The translations under genes and the position numbers were made by a program. A stretch of 64,000 bases of DNA from contig JARKUF010000009.1 of NCBI GenBank assembly GCA_029974015.1, positions 1,167 through 65,166 on the forward strand, in the 5' to 3' direction. Below the pieces are notes generated by a model. That model was not told the origin of the DNA and did not search any database. It saw only the letters and a list, made by a program, of their open reading frames with translations. The DNA comes from Spirochaetota bacterium. Its GTDB lineage: Bacteria > Spirochaetota > UBA4802 > JAGODF01. Every line of letters starts with the position of its first letter. Position 1 is the first letter of the stretch. Shown in pieces: positions 17,700 to 27,351 of this stretch.

Positions 17700-18070
17700 G
17701 TTCAACCGGGCCCGTGCGCCCTTTCCTCCGGCACTCCGCCACAAAGGCGGCATCGTCCTGTCAATTCTGCTTATGTTATATTGAAAAAGCGCCGATACAT
17801 TAATGCGGAGTACCTGTCGGTATAAATGCAGGCGCAGGGACGCGGAGGCGACACCAGGATGGTGACTATTTCGGACAGAAGGCGACGCGGCACACTCCCG
17901 GGGGTATTGCGGCACATTCGGGGAGGAGCGTATCTCTGCGCGGCGCTGGCCCTCGGTTCCCTCATGGCCCTTAGCGTGGCCTTCGGACGCGGGGAAACGA
18001 AAAAGCGCGCAACATCCCGTAGATGATAGCGGCGGCCTCATCGCCCGCGACATATACCCGCGGTTCCAAC

Positions 18071-19525
18071 TCAGTGGTCCAGTTCCGCGCCGGGCACGTC
18101 CGGCAGGATTGTCGGCACGCTCACCACTTCCTCTATCACCTTCATCGATTTCCATTTTCCGCCGCGGAAGCGAAGATAAAACGCCAGGCCCAGTAAGCAC
18201 ACATAGACGGTGCTGATGGCCCAGCAGATGAGGATTCCCGCCCCGAAGACAGCGATGGCGATATATGTAGGCGCAACCAGCACCGTGAGCGAAAGAACCG
18301 CTATCATAATCATGACAAAACGCGTGTCCCCTGCCCCCTTGATGGCCGCCGCGAAAATTATATTGCAGGTGTCCAGCAAAGAATACACCGCCACGAAGCG
18401 AAGAAGGAGCACCGCGAGTTCGGCGATTTCCCGGAACGCCTCGGGGCCCGCCCCGGAGGCGAAGGGGGCTATGAAAACCCACGGAGCAAAGACATAGAGT
18501 GACGCGATAAAAGCCATGTAGATGAAAGTGAGATGGAACCCGGACCAGCTCACCTTTTCCGCAAGGGCCGGGTTCCCTCCTCCGATATACTGCCCCACCT
18601 TGGTGGAAACGGCAATGCCAAAGCCGATCATAGGCATGAAAGCAAGGGTGTTGATATTGAAGGCGATGGTCGTAGCCGCCAGACTCACGGTACCCAGGCG
18701 TCCCACCAGAAGGAGAAACGCCGCAAAGCCCGCCACGTCGATGAAGAACTGGATGCCATTGGGAAGGCCGAACCTCATGAGGCGGCCGAAGAGGGCCCTG
18801 TCGAAACGCCAACCCGAAAGGGTCCCGAAGACCGCGTTGACCGAGGGGCGAAAGATGAGAACAATGTAGACCAGAAATCCCGCCAGCCCGGCGAATACCG
18901 TAGCGTAGGCGGCGCCGGAGATGCCCATCTCCGGAAAACCCCATTTGCCGAAAATCATGGCGTAATCGAGGACGAGGTTCACCACCGTGTTAAAGACATT
19001 TATCCACATCACCGGCATGGTTTTCCCCAGGCCAATATAATAGGAAGATAATGCCGTTGACCCAATCGCGGGGAACGCCCCGAGGCAGAGAATCCGGAAA
19101 TACTCGGACTCCAGGGCCTCCAGCGCCGCGCCATGTCCCGCCAGGGCGAATATGTCCCCGGAAAACCGCATGAGGGCCAGGTGCGCCAGGCCTCCTATTA
19201 GCGCGAGATAAAGCCCCTGCCAGATCACCGGGCCCACCCTGTCCTTCTTGCCCGCCCCGATGTACTGGGCGACGAAGGTGCCGGCGAAGCTTGCCGTACC
19301 GATGAAGAGGCTCAAGAAGGTAAAATTGGTGTTCCCCGCCGGCATGGAGGCCGCAACTGCCTCGGGGGAATACCAGGCGAGGAACATCCGGTCCACAAAG
19401 TGCTGGACGCTCCATGAGCCGGTGCTGATGATGAGGGGAAGCGCCACCGTTAAAAGCTCGCGGTAACCCCCCTCTGTTTTCCACCGGCCGCGTGCACTTA
19501 ATAATGATGATATAAAACCTGGCAT
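18071..19525 (-). CDS. MATE-family efflux transporter (485 aa)
   Basis: 12 TM helices. MATE-like N-terminus (LAWYSPEAVAASMPAGNTNFTFLSLFIGTASFAGTFVAQYIGAGKKDRVGP). The start is refined to MPGFISS. Confidence 0.85.
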   Translation of the reverse strand: MPGFISSLLSARGRWKTEGGYRELLTVALPLIISTGSWSVQHFVDRMFLAWYSPEAVAASMPAGNTNFTFLSLFIGTASFAGTFVAQYIGAGKKDRVGPVIWQGLYLALIGGLAHLALMRFSGDIFALAGHGAALEALESEYFRILCLGAFPAIGSTALSSYYIGLGKTMPVMWINVFNTVVNLVLDYAMIFGKWGFPEMGISGAAYATVFAGLAGFLVYIVLIFRPSVNAVFGTLSGWRFDRALFGRLMRFGLPNGIQFFIDVAGFAAFLLLVGRLGTVSLAATTIAFNINTLAFMPMIGFGIAVSTKVGQYIGGGNPALAEKVSWSGFHLTFIYMAFIASLYVFAPWVFIAPFASGAGPEAFREIAELAVLLLRFVAVYSLLDTCNIIFAAAIKGAGDTRFVMIMIAVLSLTVLVAPTYIAIAVFGAGILICWAISTVYVCLLGLAFYLRFRGGKWKSMKVIEEVVSVPTILPDVPGAELDH

Positions 19526-19668
19526 CGTATTGTTTCCGCTCCGGGGCCTTTCGCCGCGTATTTTAATTGCAAAGAATGGAGCAGGCCTGCATCCTGTCAA
19601 TTGATAAAGACGGCGAAGCCGCGGCGCGCACAACGCCCTTCTCCCGCCGCCCATATCCCGAAAAAACA

Positions 19669-20301
19669 ATGGATGATAATAAGGGCCCAGCACAAAACTC
19701 CATAATAATCGAAGGCGCGTCGATCACTCATCGCTTCGGAACGAGGACCATATTCACCGGCGTCAGCATCGTAGCCTTCCCCGGCGGCCCCGCGGCGATC
19801 ACCGGGCCCAATGGTTCCGGAAAGTCGACATTGCTGGAAATCCTCGCGGGGCTACGCCGCCCCACGGACGGATCGGTGATGATGCGAATACAGGGCGAAC
19901 CCCACACGGCCAGTCTGGAACGCTTTGTCGGCTTCGCCAGCCCGCGCCTGCGCCTCTACGAAGAGCTCACGGCGCTCGAAACATTGGACTTCATCGCCCA
20001 AAACCGCCTGTCCAGGGAACGGGGCCGGGAATTGATAGGGCGATTCGGCCTGGAAGACCGCGCACATTCCCGCGTGGGCGCCTTCTCGACGGGGATGATG
20101 CAGCGCCTCAAGCTAATCGCCGCGGCATTGAACGACCCCCCGATACTCCTCCTTGACGAACCCTGCTCCAATCTGGACGAGGACGGACGCCGGCTTGTCT
20201 TCGAGTACCTCGCCTCGGTGAAAGACCGCAAGGCCATCGTCATCGCCACGAACGACCCGGGCGAAGCGGACTTCTGCGAAGGGAGGGCGTCCCTTGGTTA
20301 A
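19669..20301 (+). CDS. ccmA: heme exporter ABC ATPase CcmA
   Basis: Walker A GPNGSGKST, ABC signature FSTGMMQRL, Walker B LLLDEP. Placed by gene-order context with ccmBCEF. Confidence 0.8.
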   Translation: MDDNKGPAQNSIIIEGASITHRFGTRTIFTGVSIVAFPGGPAAITGPNGSGKSTLLEILAGLRRPTDGSVMMRIQGEPHTASLERFVGFASPRLRLYEELTALETLDFIAQNRLSRERGRELIGRFGLEDRAHSRVGAFSTGMMQRLKLIAAALNDPPILLLDEPCSNLDEDGRRLVFEYLASVKDRKAIVIATNDPGEADFCEGRASLG

Positions 20302-20956
20302 GGACATCATCAGAAACATGCGGAAGGACTTCCGCGTGGAGTTCCGGGAAAAAAGCGCCCTGCAGATCGCCTTCTCCTTCGCTTTCATCGCCACCCTGTC
20401 CGTGGGCCTCGTGATGGGCGGCGCATCTACGGGGGCGCGCGAGCGCTCCATTATCCTGTGGCTCATCATGTTCTTCAGCGCCATGAGCGGCCTCGCCCAT
20501 GCCTTCGTGCGCGAGGAAGAAAAGGGGACCGCCCTTCTGCTCCGGCTCACATCGTCCCCTTCGGCGGTATTCACCGCGAAACTCCTTTTTAATCTGGCCT
20601 TTTTCCTGGCCCTTCAGTTCCTCATCACCCTCCTCTTCGTCTTCTTTGTGGAGGGTGATGTGGCGTCACCATTCCCTTTCGCCCTGACGATACTCTCCGG
20701 CGGTACCGCGCTCGCATCAGCCTCTACCATCCTCTCCGCGATGGCGGCCAGGGCCGGAGTCCGGGGGGCCCTCTTCCCGGTGATGTCCCTCCCCATCACC
20801 CTCCCGGTCCTGTTTGCGGCGACCGGGGCCACGGCGGAGGCCATGGAACGCCCCGGCCTGGCCCCCGGTGGCGACATCATTTTTTTACTTGCGTTTTCCG
20901 GCGCCATAATCGCGGTATCGTACCTGGTATTTGAATACATCTGGATTGACGAATGA
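20294..20956 (+). CDS. ccmB: heme exporter permease CcmB
   Basis: 6 TM helices; directly follows ccmA with a 7-nt overlap. Confidence 0.75.
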   Translation: MVKDIIRNMRKDFRVEFREKSALQIAFSFAFIATLSVGLVMGGASTGARERSIILWLIMFFSAMSGLAHAFVREEEKGTALLLRLTSSPSAVFTAKLLFNLAFFLALQFLITLLFVFFVEGDVASPFPFALTILSGGTALASASTILSAMAARAGVRGALFPVMSLPITLPVLFAATGATAEAMERPGLAPGGDIIFLLAFSGAIIAVSYLVFEYIWIDE

Positions 20957-21597
20957 AGCACATCGCGCGCCTCCTTCACATCGCCATGCCCGCCGCCATC
21001 ATAATGGCTTTCCTGTACGCGCCGACGGCAGAAGTCCACGGCGCCCCGGGACGCCTCCTTTTCTTTCACGTACCCATGGCATGGATTTCGGCCCTGGCCT
21101 TCCTCACGGCGGGGCTTCTCTCCATGGCCCATCTTGCCGGGCGCGGCAGGTTTCTCGACTCCACGGCGCGCCACTCCGCGGAGGCAGGCCTCGCCTTCAC
21201 CTTTTTAGCAACGGCGTCAGGCTCCGTCTGGTCGAAGCTGAGCTGGGGCTCCTACTGGAACTGGGACCCGCGGCAGACCTCAATCGTGTTTCTCATGCTC
21301 ATCTACATAGCCTACTTCAGCCTCGACTCCGCCCTGCGGGGAAAAACGAACCGGGGCCGCATCGCATCGGCCTATTTAATTCTGGCCATGGCGGTGATGC
21401 CGTTTTTTGTTTTCCTCTTTCCCCGCTTCCTCGGGATGTCCCTCCATCCCCAATCAGGCACCCTGGAAACGGACCCGGCGACTCGCATCACCCTTCTCGT
21501 CTCCATCGCGGCGCACACTCTGCTATATCTTCACATCCTCTCACTGAGAAACCGGACGCACCGCCTGGAACAAAACATAAGGAACATCGCGCGATGA
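20953..21597 (+). CDS. ccmC: heme exporter protein CcmC
   Basis: Tryptophan-rich WWD-type motif WGSYWNWDPRQ. Confidence 0.85.
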   Translation: MKHIARLLHIAMPAAIIMAFLYAPTAEVHGAPGRLLFFHVPMAWISALAFLTAGLLSMAHLAGRGRFLDSTARHSAEAGLAFTFLATASGSVWSKLSWGSYWNWDPRQTSIVFLMLIYIAYFSLDSALRGKTNRGRIASAYLILAMAVMPFFVFLFPRFLGMSLHPQSGTLETDPATRITLLVSIAAHTLLYLHILSLRNRTHRLEQNIRNIAR

Positions 21598-21854
21598 AAG
21601 ATATTATAAAAGATATTATAAAAAGAACCGGGATGATGAGGGCAAAAGCCGCCGCGGCCTTCACTTCCTGCGCCATCATGGCCGCCATGCCACAGGGGCT
21701 CCTTGCCCAATCTTCGCAGACGCCCGCCCCCGGCGACGCGGTCCTCACGAGGGTGATGTGGGTGGTCCTCGCGGGATGGATTGGAATCGGAATCTACCTT
21801 TTTATTATCGACCGAAGGGTATCACGTCTGGAAAAGAGGGCGCGAAATGACTAA
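21594..21854 (+). CDS. putative CcmD-like small membrane protein (start uncertain)
   Basis: Single TM VMWVVLAGWIGIGIYLFII followed by a basic DRRVSRLEKR tail. ATGA overlap with the ccmC stop. The N-terminal 50 aa are atypical for CcmD. Confidence 0.4.
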   Translation: MKDIIKDIIKRTGMMRAKAAAAFTSCAIMAAMPQGLLAQSSQTPAPGDAVLTRVMWVVLAGWIGIGIYLFIIDRRVSRLEKRARND

Positions 21855-22251
21855 CACGAGCAAGAAGATATTCATCGGCGCGACAGCCCTTGCCTGCGTG
21901 CTACTGGCTTTTTATTCCCTGAAAGATTCCATGCGCACCTATGTGCCCTTCTCCGAGGCCCGTTCAACGGGAAGGCCGGTCCAGGTGATCGGGACCCTGG
22001 AAAAATCCCTGCCCGTGAAACACTACGAGGGCTACTACACCATGGTCCTGAAAGACCGGGACGGGTCGCCCATGACCGTAAAGCATGCCGCGGCGAAACC
22101 CGCAAACCTGGAACACGCCGATCAGGTGGTGGCCCGGGGAAGGTTCAATCGGGAAAGCGGACTCTTCGAAGCGGAGAAGGTCCTGGTGAAATGCCCCTCC
22201 CGATACGCGAAAAGCGCCGGGGAAAAAGCCCCGGCTAAGGGTCCAGAATAA
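21847..22251 (+). CDS. ccmE: cytochrome c-type biogenesis heme chaperone CcmE
   Basis: N-terminal TM anchor; OB-fold region with a conserved-His segment (TVKHAAAKP). Positioned between ccmC/D and ccmF. Confidence 0.65.
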   Translation: MTNTSKKIFIGATALACVLLAFYSLKDSMRTYVPFSEARSTGRPVQVIGTLEKSLPVKHYEGYYTMVLKDRDGSPMTVKHAAAKPANLEHADQVVARGRFNRESGLFEAEKVLVKCPSRYAKSAGEKAPAKGPE

Positions 22252-22288
22252 AATATCAAAACGCAACCTGAAAGGCGGTGACAGATCA

Positions 22289-24469
22289 ATGCATGCCGGA
22301 TCCATCCTCATTTTCTGCGCTCTGGCGCTCTCCATGCTTCATCTCTTTTTTCTGGCGCGAAGCGCCGGGGGAAACATCTTTGCCCGGGTTACGGCCCAGA
22401 GGGTTTTTTATCTCACCTCCATCATCATCGCCTTTGCCATGGTGCTGCTTCTCCTGGCCTTCCTCGGCAATGACTTCTCGCTCCACTATGTCTACCAGCA
22501 TTCGTCCTTAGAACAGCCTTTGCTCTATAAAGTGTCGGCGCTCTGGGCGGGGCAGGAAGGTGGATTTCTCCTCTGGCTTTTCTTTCTATCCATCATCGGC
22601 ATTATCATCATCCGGACGAAGGACGAGCACGAGAGCGTGCTCATGTCCTTGCTTACGATAACACAATTTTTCATTCTCATCGCCCTCGCGGTAAAAAGCC
22701 CCTTCGCCCGGGTCTGGGACACAAACCCCGGACAATTCTCCGGCCTCATTCCGGGGGCCTTGGACGGCCTTGGGCTTAATCCCCTCCTCCAGGATTTTTG
22801 GATGGCGGTGCATCCTCCTGTCCTCTTCGCCGGATACGCCGCCGCCGTGGTGCCCTTCGGCTATGCCGTGGCGGCCCTTCTCCGAAACAGGTACGATATC
22901 ATGCCCCTCCGGGCGTATCGCTGGGTCATCTTCACTGCGACGGCCCTGGGAATCGGCATTTTCCTTGGCGGATACTGGGCCTACTCGGTCCTCGGATGGG
23001 GAGGATACTGGGGCTGGGACCCTGTTGAAAACTCGTCCCTGGTGCCCTGGCTCCTCCTGGTGGCCCTCATTCATGGCCTCATCATACAGAGGCGCCGCGG
23101 GTCCCTGGTGCGGACCAATCTGGTCCTGGCCATGCTCTCCTTTGTGCTGGTGCTCTACAGCACCTTTCTCACCCGGAGCGGCATCCTCTCGGACTTCTCG
23201 GTCCACTCTTTTTCCGGGGAATCGGTATCGTTCCAGATAGCCTACTACATCGCCTTCTACATCGTTGCCGGGACGGCCCTCCTCATCCTCCGGGGGAGGA
23301 AGATACAGACCGAACCGCTGGAGAAGGACGTCATGGCGCCGACGAACCTGCTTTTCTACGGCATAGTCATCATACTCCTGTACTCCGCCGTGATACTTCT
23401 CGGGACTTCCATGCCCATTCTTACGGGGCTTGTCATGAAACGCCCATCGGCGGTGAATGAAGGGTTCTATAACACCTGGTCGATACCGGCGGGCCTCGGC
23501 ATTCTCATCATCATATCCCTGTTGACCCTCAGGCGCGGCGCATCTTTCGAGAAGCTTCCCGGGGCCCTTCTCCTGGCCGCGGCCTGCGCCGCCGGAGTGT
23601 TCTTTAACCTGTTTCACACAACGACACCGGGGGCCTATCTTCTGTCCGCCGCCGCTTTCTTAGTCATAGGCGCCGTAACACGGGACTGGTTTCTGAGGCG
23701 GTCGAAGGCCCACCGGGCCTCCCGACTGGCCCACCTCGGCACGGCCATCCTGGTCCTGGGAATCGTCGCCTCCGGGTACCATTCATTTTCCGAGCAAGCG
23801 CGCCTGGTGAACAATGTGGAGCAGAACATAGGGAACATGAACATCCGCTTCCTGGGCATCACGGAGGAGGAAAAGTCTTCTCTCCGTTTCTCAGTCGCCT
23901 CGGGGAGCTCGTCTAAGAACGTATCCATGCTCTACTATTTCTCGGAGCGCACCAACTCCATCTACAAGGAACCCGCGATCCTTCCCGGAATCACCGGAGA
24001 CACCTATATCAGCCCTCTTTCATACGCTTCGGGGCCCGGTCTCGCCTCGACACTGGTTCTGAAAACGGGCGAAGCAAAGAAAATCGCCGATACAGAGGTC
24101 CGTTTCCTTGGCATGAAGAAGGTCGATAAAAAGGCGATGATGGAGGGGAAACCCGAGCTTTTCGTGGACCTGGAAATACTTATGGGCGGGGCCTCTTATC
24201 GAGTTAGCCCCGGAGTGCGCATGGGCGCTTCGGGAAAGCTTGAAAGCATCGAGGCGATGTTCTCTCCGTCGAAGAGGAAAGTGGCCCTGCAGCATCTACA
24301 CCGGGAAACGGGGGAAGTGCAGCTCTACGTGGAACCGGAAAGGGGCGCTCCCCTTCCGCCGGACGAGGTCATCGTGGAGATAGCGCACAAGCGGCTTATG
24401 GTCCTCGTCTGGGCCGCAACGGCCCTCATCGCCCTGGGACTCGCCGTGGCCATGCGGCGCGTCGCGTAA
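22289..24469 (+). CDS. ccmF: cytochrome c-type biogenesis protein CcmF (726 aa)
   Basis: WWD-type motif WGGYWGWDPVEN and multi-TM heme lyase architecture. Confidence 0.9.
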   Translation: MHAGSILIFCALALSMLHLFFLARSAGGNIFARVTAQRVFYLTSIIIAFAMVLLLLAFLGNDFSLHYVYQHSSLEQPLLYKVSALWAGQEGGFLLWLFFLSIIGIIIIRTKDEHESVLMSLLTITQFFILIALAVKSPFARVWDTNPGQFSGLIPGALDGLGLNPLLQDFWMAVHPPVLFAGYAAAVVPFGYAVAALLRNRYDIMPLRAYRWVIFTATALGIGIFLGGYWAYSVLGWGGYWGWDPVENSSLVPWLLLVALIHGLIIQRRRGSLVRTNLVLAMLSFVLVLYSTFLTRSGILSDFSVHSFSGESVSFQIAYYIAFYIVAGTALLILRGRKIQTEPLEKDVMAPTNLLFYGIVIILLYSAVILLGTSMPILTGLVMKRPSAVNEGFYNTWSIPAGLGILIIISLLTLRRGASFEKLPGALLLAAACAAGVFFNLFHTTTPGAYLLSAAAFLVIGAVTRDWFLRRSKAHRASRLAHLGTAILVLGIVASGYHSFSEQARLVNNVEQNIGNMNIRFLGITEEEKSSLRFSVASGSSSKNVSMLYYFSERTNSIYKEPAILPGITGDTYISPLSYASGPGLASTLVLKTGEAKKIADTEVRFLGMKKVDKKAMMEGKPELFVDLEILMGGASYRVSPGVRMGASGKLESIEAMFSPSKRKVALQHLHRETGEVQLYVEPERGAPLPPDEVIVEIAHKRLMVLVWAATALIALGLAVAMRRVA

Positions 24470-24712
24470 GCGCGCGCCGACATAACAGTAGCCGCTTCCC
24501 GTGCACCCAACCTTTCTCTCTTTCCGGCGGCATTCAATGCAGGAAGCTCAGCGGAATATCCGCCCGGGGCCATAATCGCCGTCGATATTACGGAAAGTAC
24601 TTGACCGAATTATTTTTTTACTAACGGTTAGTCTCAAAATCAGGTTTCTTGCGGGGGGGCGATGCATCGCGCCCCCACCCCCCGCACAGGAAAAACCCCG
24701 GATATTTCATCT

Positions 24713-25450
24713 ATGAAAAGCAAAGGGAAAGGCAAAGGCAAGGGACTCATTTTAATAGTGCTTCTTTCGGCTTCGGCAGTGTCGGCATTTATCTACCGGG
24801 AAGAAGCCCGCATCCTGTATCTGAAGACATATTATCTCAAGGTGAAAAAAATATCGGCCGATGGGGCTGTAAAAAAATCCTCCGGGCTTTATCGTGAAAA
24901 AAAATACGAGGAAGCCGCCGACTCCGCCAGGGATTTTCTTCTCATCTTTCCCGGAAACGAAAAGCTCCTCCGTATTGCGGGCATGTCCCTCCTCATGATG
25001 GAGGACCGTATAGCCGGGGCAAAATATCTCATTCCCCTGATAGATGGTTCATCTGAAGACCGGGCCCTCCTTCGCCGCGTAGCGGAAACCCTTTTCGATG
25101 AACGCTACTACAACGATACGATAAACCTTCTGACCGCGCATTCCCCGGGGGCCGACCCGGCCCTCAACTTTTACATGGGGGCTTCTCTGGTAAACACTGG
25201 ACGCCACAGCGAAGCCCTGACCTTTTTGGAAAAATCGGAAAGCCGGGGAAGCAATAATCCGGACGTATACTTTTATTTAGGCCTCGTCCACGAGAAAGCT
25301 GGAAGGGACAATGCCGCTATGGAACAGTATCGAAGCGCCCTGGAAAGAAACCGTTTCCATCGCAAGGCCAGAAAAGCCCTCCTCGATATGTACACCAGGC
25401 GAAAGATGTTTCGGGAGGCGGAGATTCTAATCAGGGGCACGGTGTTATAA
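24713..25450 (+). CDS. TPR-repeat protein, possibly CcmH/CcmI(CycH)-like
   Basis: N-terminal TM, then TPR repeats. Immediately downstream of ccmF. The start is refined to MKSKGKGKGKG. Confidence 0.55.
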   Translation: MKSKGKGKGKGLILIVLLSASAVSAFIYREEARILYLKTYYLKVKKISADGAVKKSSGLYREKKYEEAADSARDFLLIFPGNEKLLRIAGMSLLMMEDRIAGAKYLIPLIDGSSEDRALLRRVAETLFDERYYNDTINLLTAHSPGADPALNFYMGASLVNTGRHSEALTFLEKSESRGSNNPDVYFYLGLVHEKAGRDNAAMEQYRSALERNRFHRKARKALLDMYTRRKMFREAEILIRGTVL

Positions 25451-25489
25451 CACCTGCAAAAGAGCATCCATCGGCGGCCGAAACTTCCC

Positions 25490-26155
25490 ATGAAAGACTA
25501 TCCCTATAATAAAAACGCCTGCCGCGATATCGTCGCCATCCACAATGAAATTAGCGAACGCGTCAAAAAACGTCTGCAGATTTTCCATCGCCTCTGGGAG
25601 CGAGGTACAGAGAAAGAGATATTCCTTGAACTGGCTTTCTGCCTCATGACTCCCCAGACGAAGGCGCGCCAGGGGGAAAAGGCGATAAACATCCTTCTGG
25701 AGAAGGACCTCGTGTTTCGCGGCGATGCCGGAGAAATCGCCCGGCACCTGAACATCGTCCGGTTCAGAAACAGGAAGGCGGAATACCTTGTGGCCGCCCG
25801 GGAACAGTTCACCGACAAAGGCCGCATCATCCTCAAAAAAACTCTGCGCGAATTCGCTGATCCAAAAACCATGCGGAAATTTCTGGTGTCCGAAGTGAAG
25901 GGAATGGGCTGGAAGGAAGCGAGCCATTTCCTCCGAAACATCGGATTAGGACGCGACCTCGCGATACTGGACCGCCATATTTTAAAAAACCTTCTCCGGG
26001 CGGGGTGCATCGACAATGTGCCCGAATCGCTCACGCCGCCACGTTATATGCTCATCGAGGAGAAGATGGCCGACCTTGCCGCAGCCCTTGATATCCCTCT
26101 TGCGGGCCTTGACTTCGTGCTGTGGTACATGGAGACGGGGGATATTTTTAAATAA
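25490..26155 (+). CDS. Ogg2-type 8-oxoguanine DNA glycosylase/AP lyase (HhH-GPD)
   Basis: HhH-GPD element VKGMGWKEASHFLRNIGLGRDLAILDRHI with the catalytic Lys/Asp arrangement of archaeal-type Ogg. Confidence 0.75.
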   Translation: MKDYPYNKNACRDIVAIHNEISERVKKRLQIFHRLWERGTEKEIFLELAFCLMTPQTKARQGEKAINILLEKDLVFRGDAGEIARHLNIVRFRNRKAEYLVAAREQFTDKGRIILKKTLREFADPKTMRKFLVSEVKGMGWKEASHFLRNIGLGRDLAILDRHILKNLLRAGCIDNVPESLTPPRYMLIEEKMADLAAALDIPLAGLDFVLWYMETGDIFK

Positions 26156-26200
26156 TGCTTCACGGGCCGCAGGCGGAACCGGCTACAGGAGGCGACCAAT

Positions 26201-26701
26201 TTATTTGGTAAGTTTCAGAATACATTCACGGCATTCCGGGTATTCGGCCAGCAAGTCCTCCCGCTTCCCCATTTCAAAATCGGAGAAATCGAAGCCCGGC
26301 GCCACCGCACAACCCACGAGGCAGAAATCCCCATCGCCCTCAATTCTGGCGCCAAACCAGGAACCGGCAGGCGCCACGGCCTGCGGGCGCTGGCCCGCAA
26401 CGGCATTTAGCCCCAGGACGGTTTTTTCAACGCCGCCGGCGCCGAGAATACATATCGTGAGGGCCGCCCCATCGTGAAAATACCAGATTTCATCGGAGCG
26501 GATGCGGTGAATGGCCGATATCGCCCCTCTGGTGAGAAGAAAATAAATTGAAGTCGCAAAGGGGCGGCCGCCGTCAAATCGTCCCGGGAGGCCTGAGTGA
26601 GGAATATTCTCCCTGGAACGATAGATTTCCCGGTAATAACCTCCTTCGGGATGTGGATGCAGATTGAGCTCCGCAATCCAGCTTTCGGCTGTTCTCATCA
26701 T
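26201..26701 (-). CDS. cupin-fold protein (DUF985 / YML079w-like)
   Basis: Conserved cupin strands (EGGYYREIYRS ... IYFLL ... WYFHDG). Confidence 0.7.
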   Translation of the reverse strand: MMRTAESWIAELNLHPHPEGGYYREIYRSRENIPHSGLPGRFDGGRPFATSIYFLLTRGAISAIHRIRSDEIWYFHDGAALTICILGAGGVEKTVLGLNAVAGQRPQAVAPAGSWFGARIEGDGDFCLVGCAVAPGFDFSDFEMGKREDLLAEYPECRECILKLTK

Positions 26702-26859
26702 AGCATGGCCTCCCGGGACATAGTTTCTTGCCGGCGTCCTGCGCGCCTCAGCGGAAGCAGTATTGTCCCCCTGCGAATTGAATCCAGATTTTTTTCTTTT
26801 GCGGCGAGAATTTTCTTTACACTCCAGGGGGCGGTTTCTATACTGTGTCCAATGTATTT

Positions 26860-26934
26860 CGGGGCGTAGCGCAGCCCGGTTAGCGCACTTGACTGGGGGT
26901 CAAGGGGTCGGAGGTTCAAATCCTCTCGCCCCGA
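26860..26934 (+). tRNA. tRNA-Pro (anticodon GGG)
   Basis: Cloverleaf: acceptor CGGGGCG/CGCCCCG, D-arm GCGC-AGCCCGGTTA-GCGC, anticodon stem CTTGA/TCAAG with loop CTGGGGG, T-arm GGAGG-TTCAAAT-CCTCT. Near-identical architecture to E. coli tRNA-Pro. No encoded CCA. Confidence 0.9.
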
Positions 26935-26946
26935 ATTACTTACAAC

Positions 26947-27068
26947 AGGCAACTTCTAATGCTTATGTTTCTCCGCCCTCCAAGGGGGGGCGGAAAAAAC
27001 TAAGCCTCGAGTTTTTCATTAGCTTCAATCCATGGAAACTTAAAAAAATTAATTTTTTAAAGGTTCCC
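26947..27068 (+). repeat. MITE-like repeat, diverged copy 4, 12 nt downstream of tRNA-Pro
   Basis: aggcaacttctaat..-TTTCTCCGCCCTCCAAGGGGGGGCGGAAAAAA-...-GGAAACTTAAAAAAATTAATTTTTTAAAGGTTCCC. Same module order, with a degenerate GC hairpin. Confidence 0.7.
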
Positions 27069-27225
27069 TTTCGAGATACCCAATATTTGATTGATGGACA
27101 ACAAACCGTACATTCACGAAAGAACACTGCCGATAGCCGAATCAGTGCGTCACACTACAGTACAGTGCGCGCATGTTTTTCAGCAATTACAGGACGGCAC
27201 AGGGCTGTCATGAGCACCTTGAAAA

Positions 27226-27251
27226 CCTGATGAAACGATCATCAGGTTTTC
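27226..27251. terminator. possible bidirectional stem-loop terminator (weak)
   Basis: AAAA-cctgatga-aacga-tcatcagg-TTTT: 8-bp stem flanked by A4/T4. Confidence 0.3.
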
Positions 27252-27351
27252 TTATGGGAATTTTTTCAAAAAACGATTTTGGTAAAGGTCTTGCGCCCAC
27301 GGGGGAACATCCAATGTTTTTTTTGAAGTCCCCTTATTTATACACAGGAGT

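Noticed and set aside
17424-18944. 506-aa ORF on the minus strand
   Set aside because: It overlaps the MATE transporter gene in another frame and runs across the convergent intergenic gap. The product is low-complexity and Arg/Gly/His-rich, typical of spurious ORFs in GC-rich DNA.
20931-21854. 307-aa ORF overlapping ccmB/ccmC
   Set aside because: It is an alternate frame of the well-supported ccmC. Only its last ~85 codons (the putative ccmD) are plausible.
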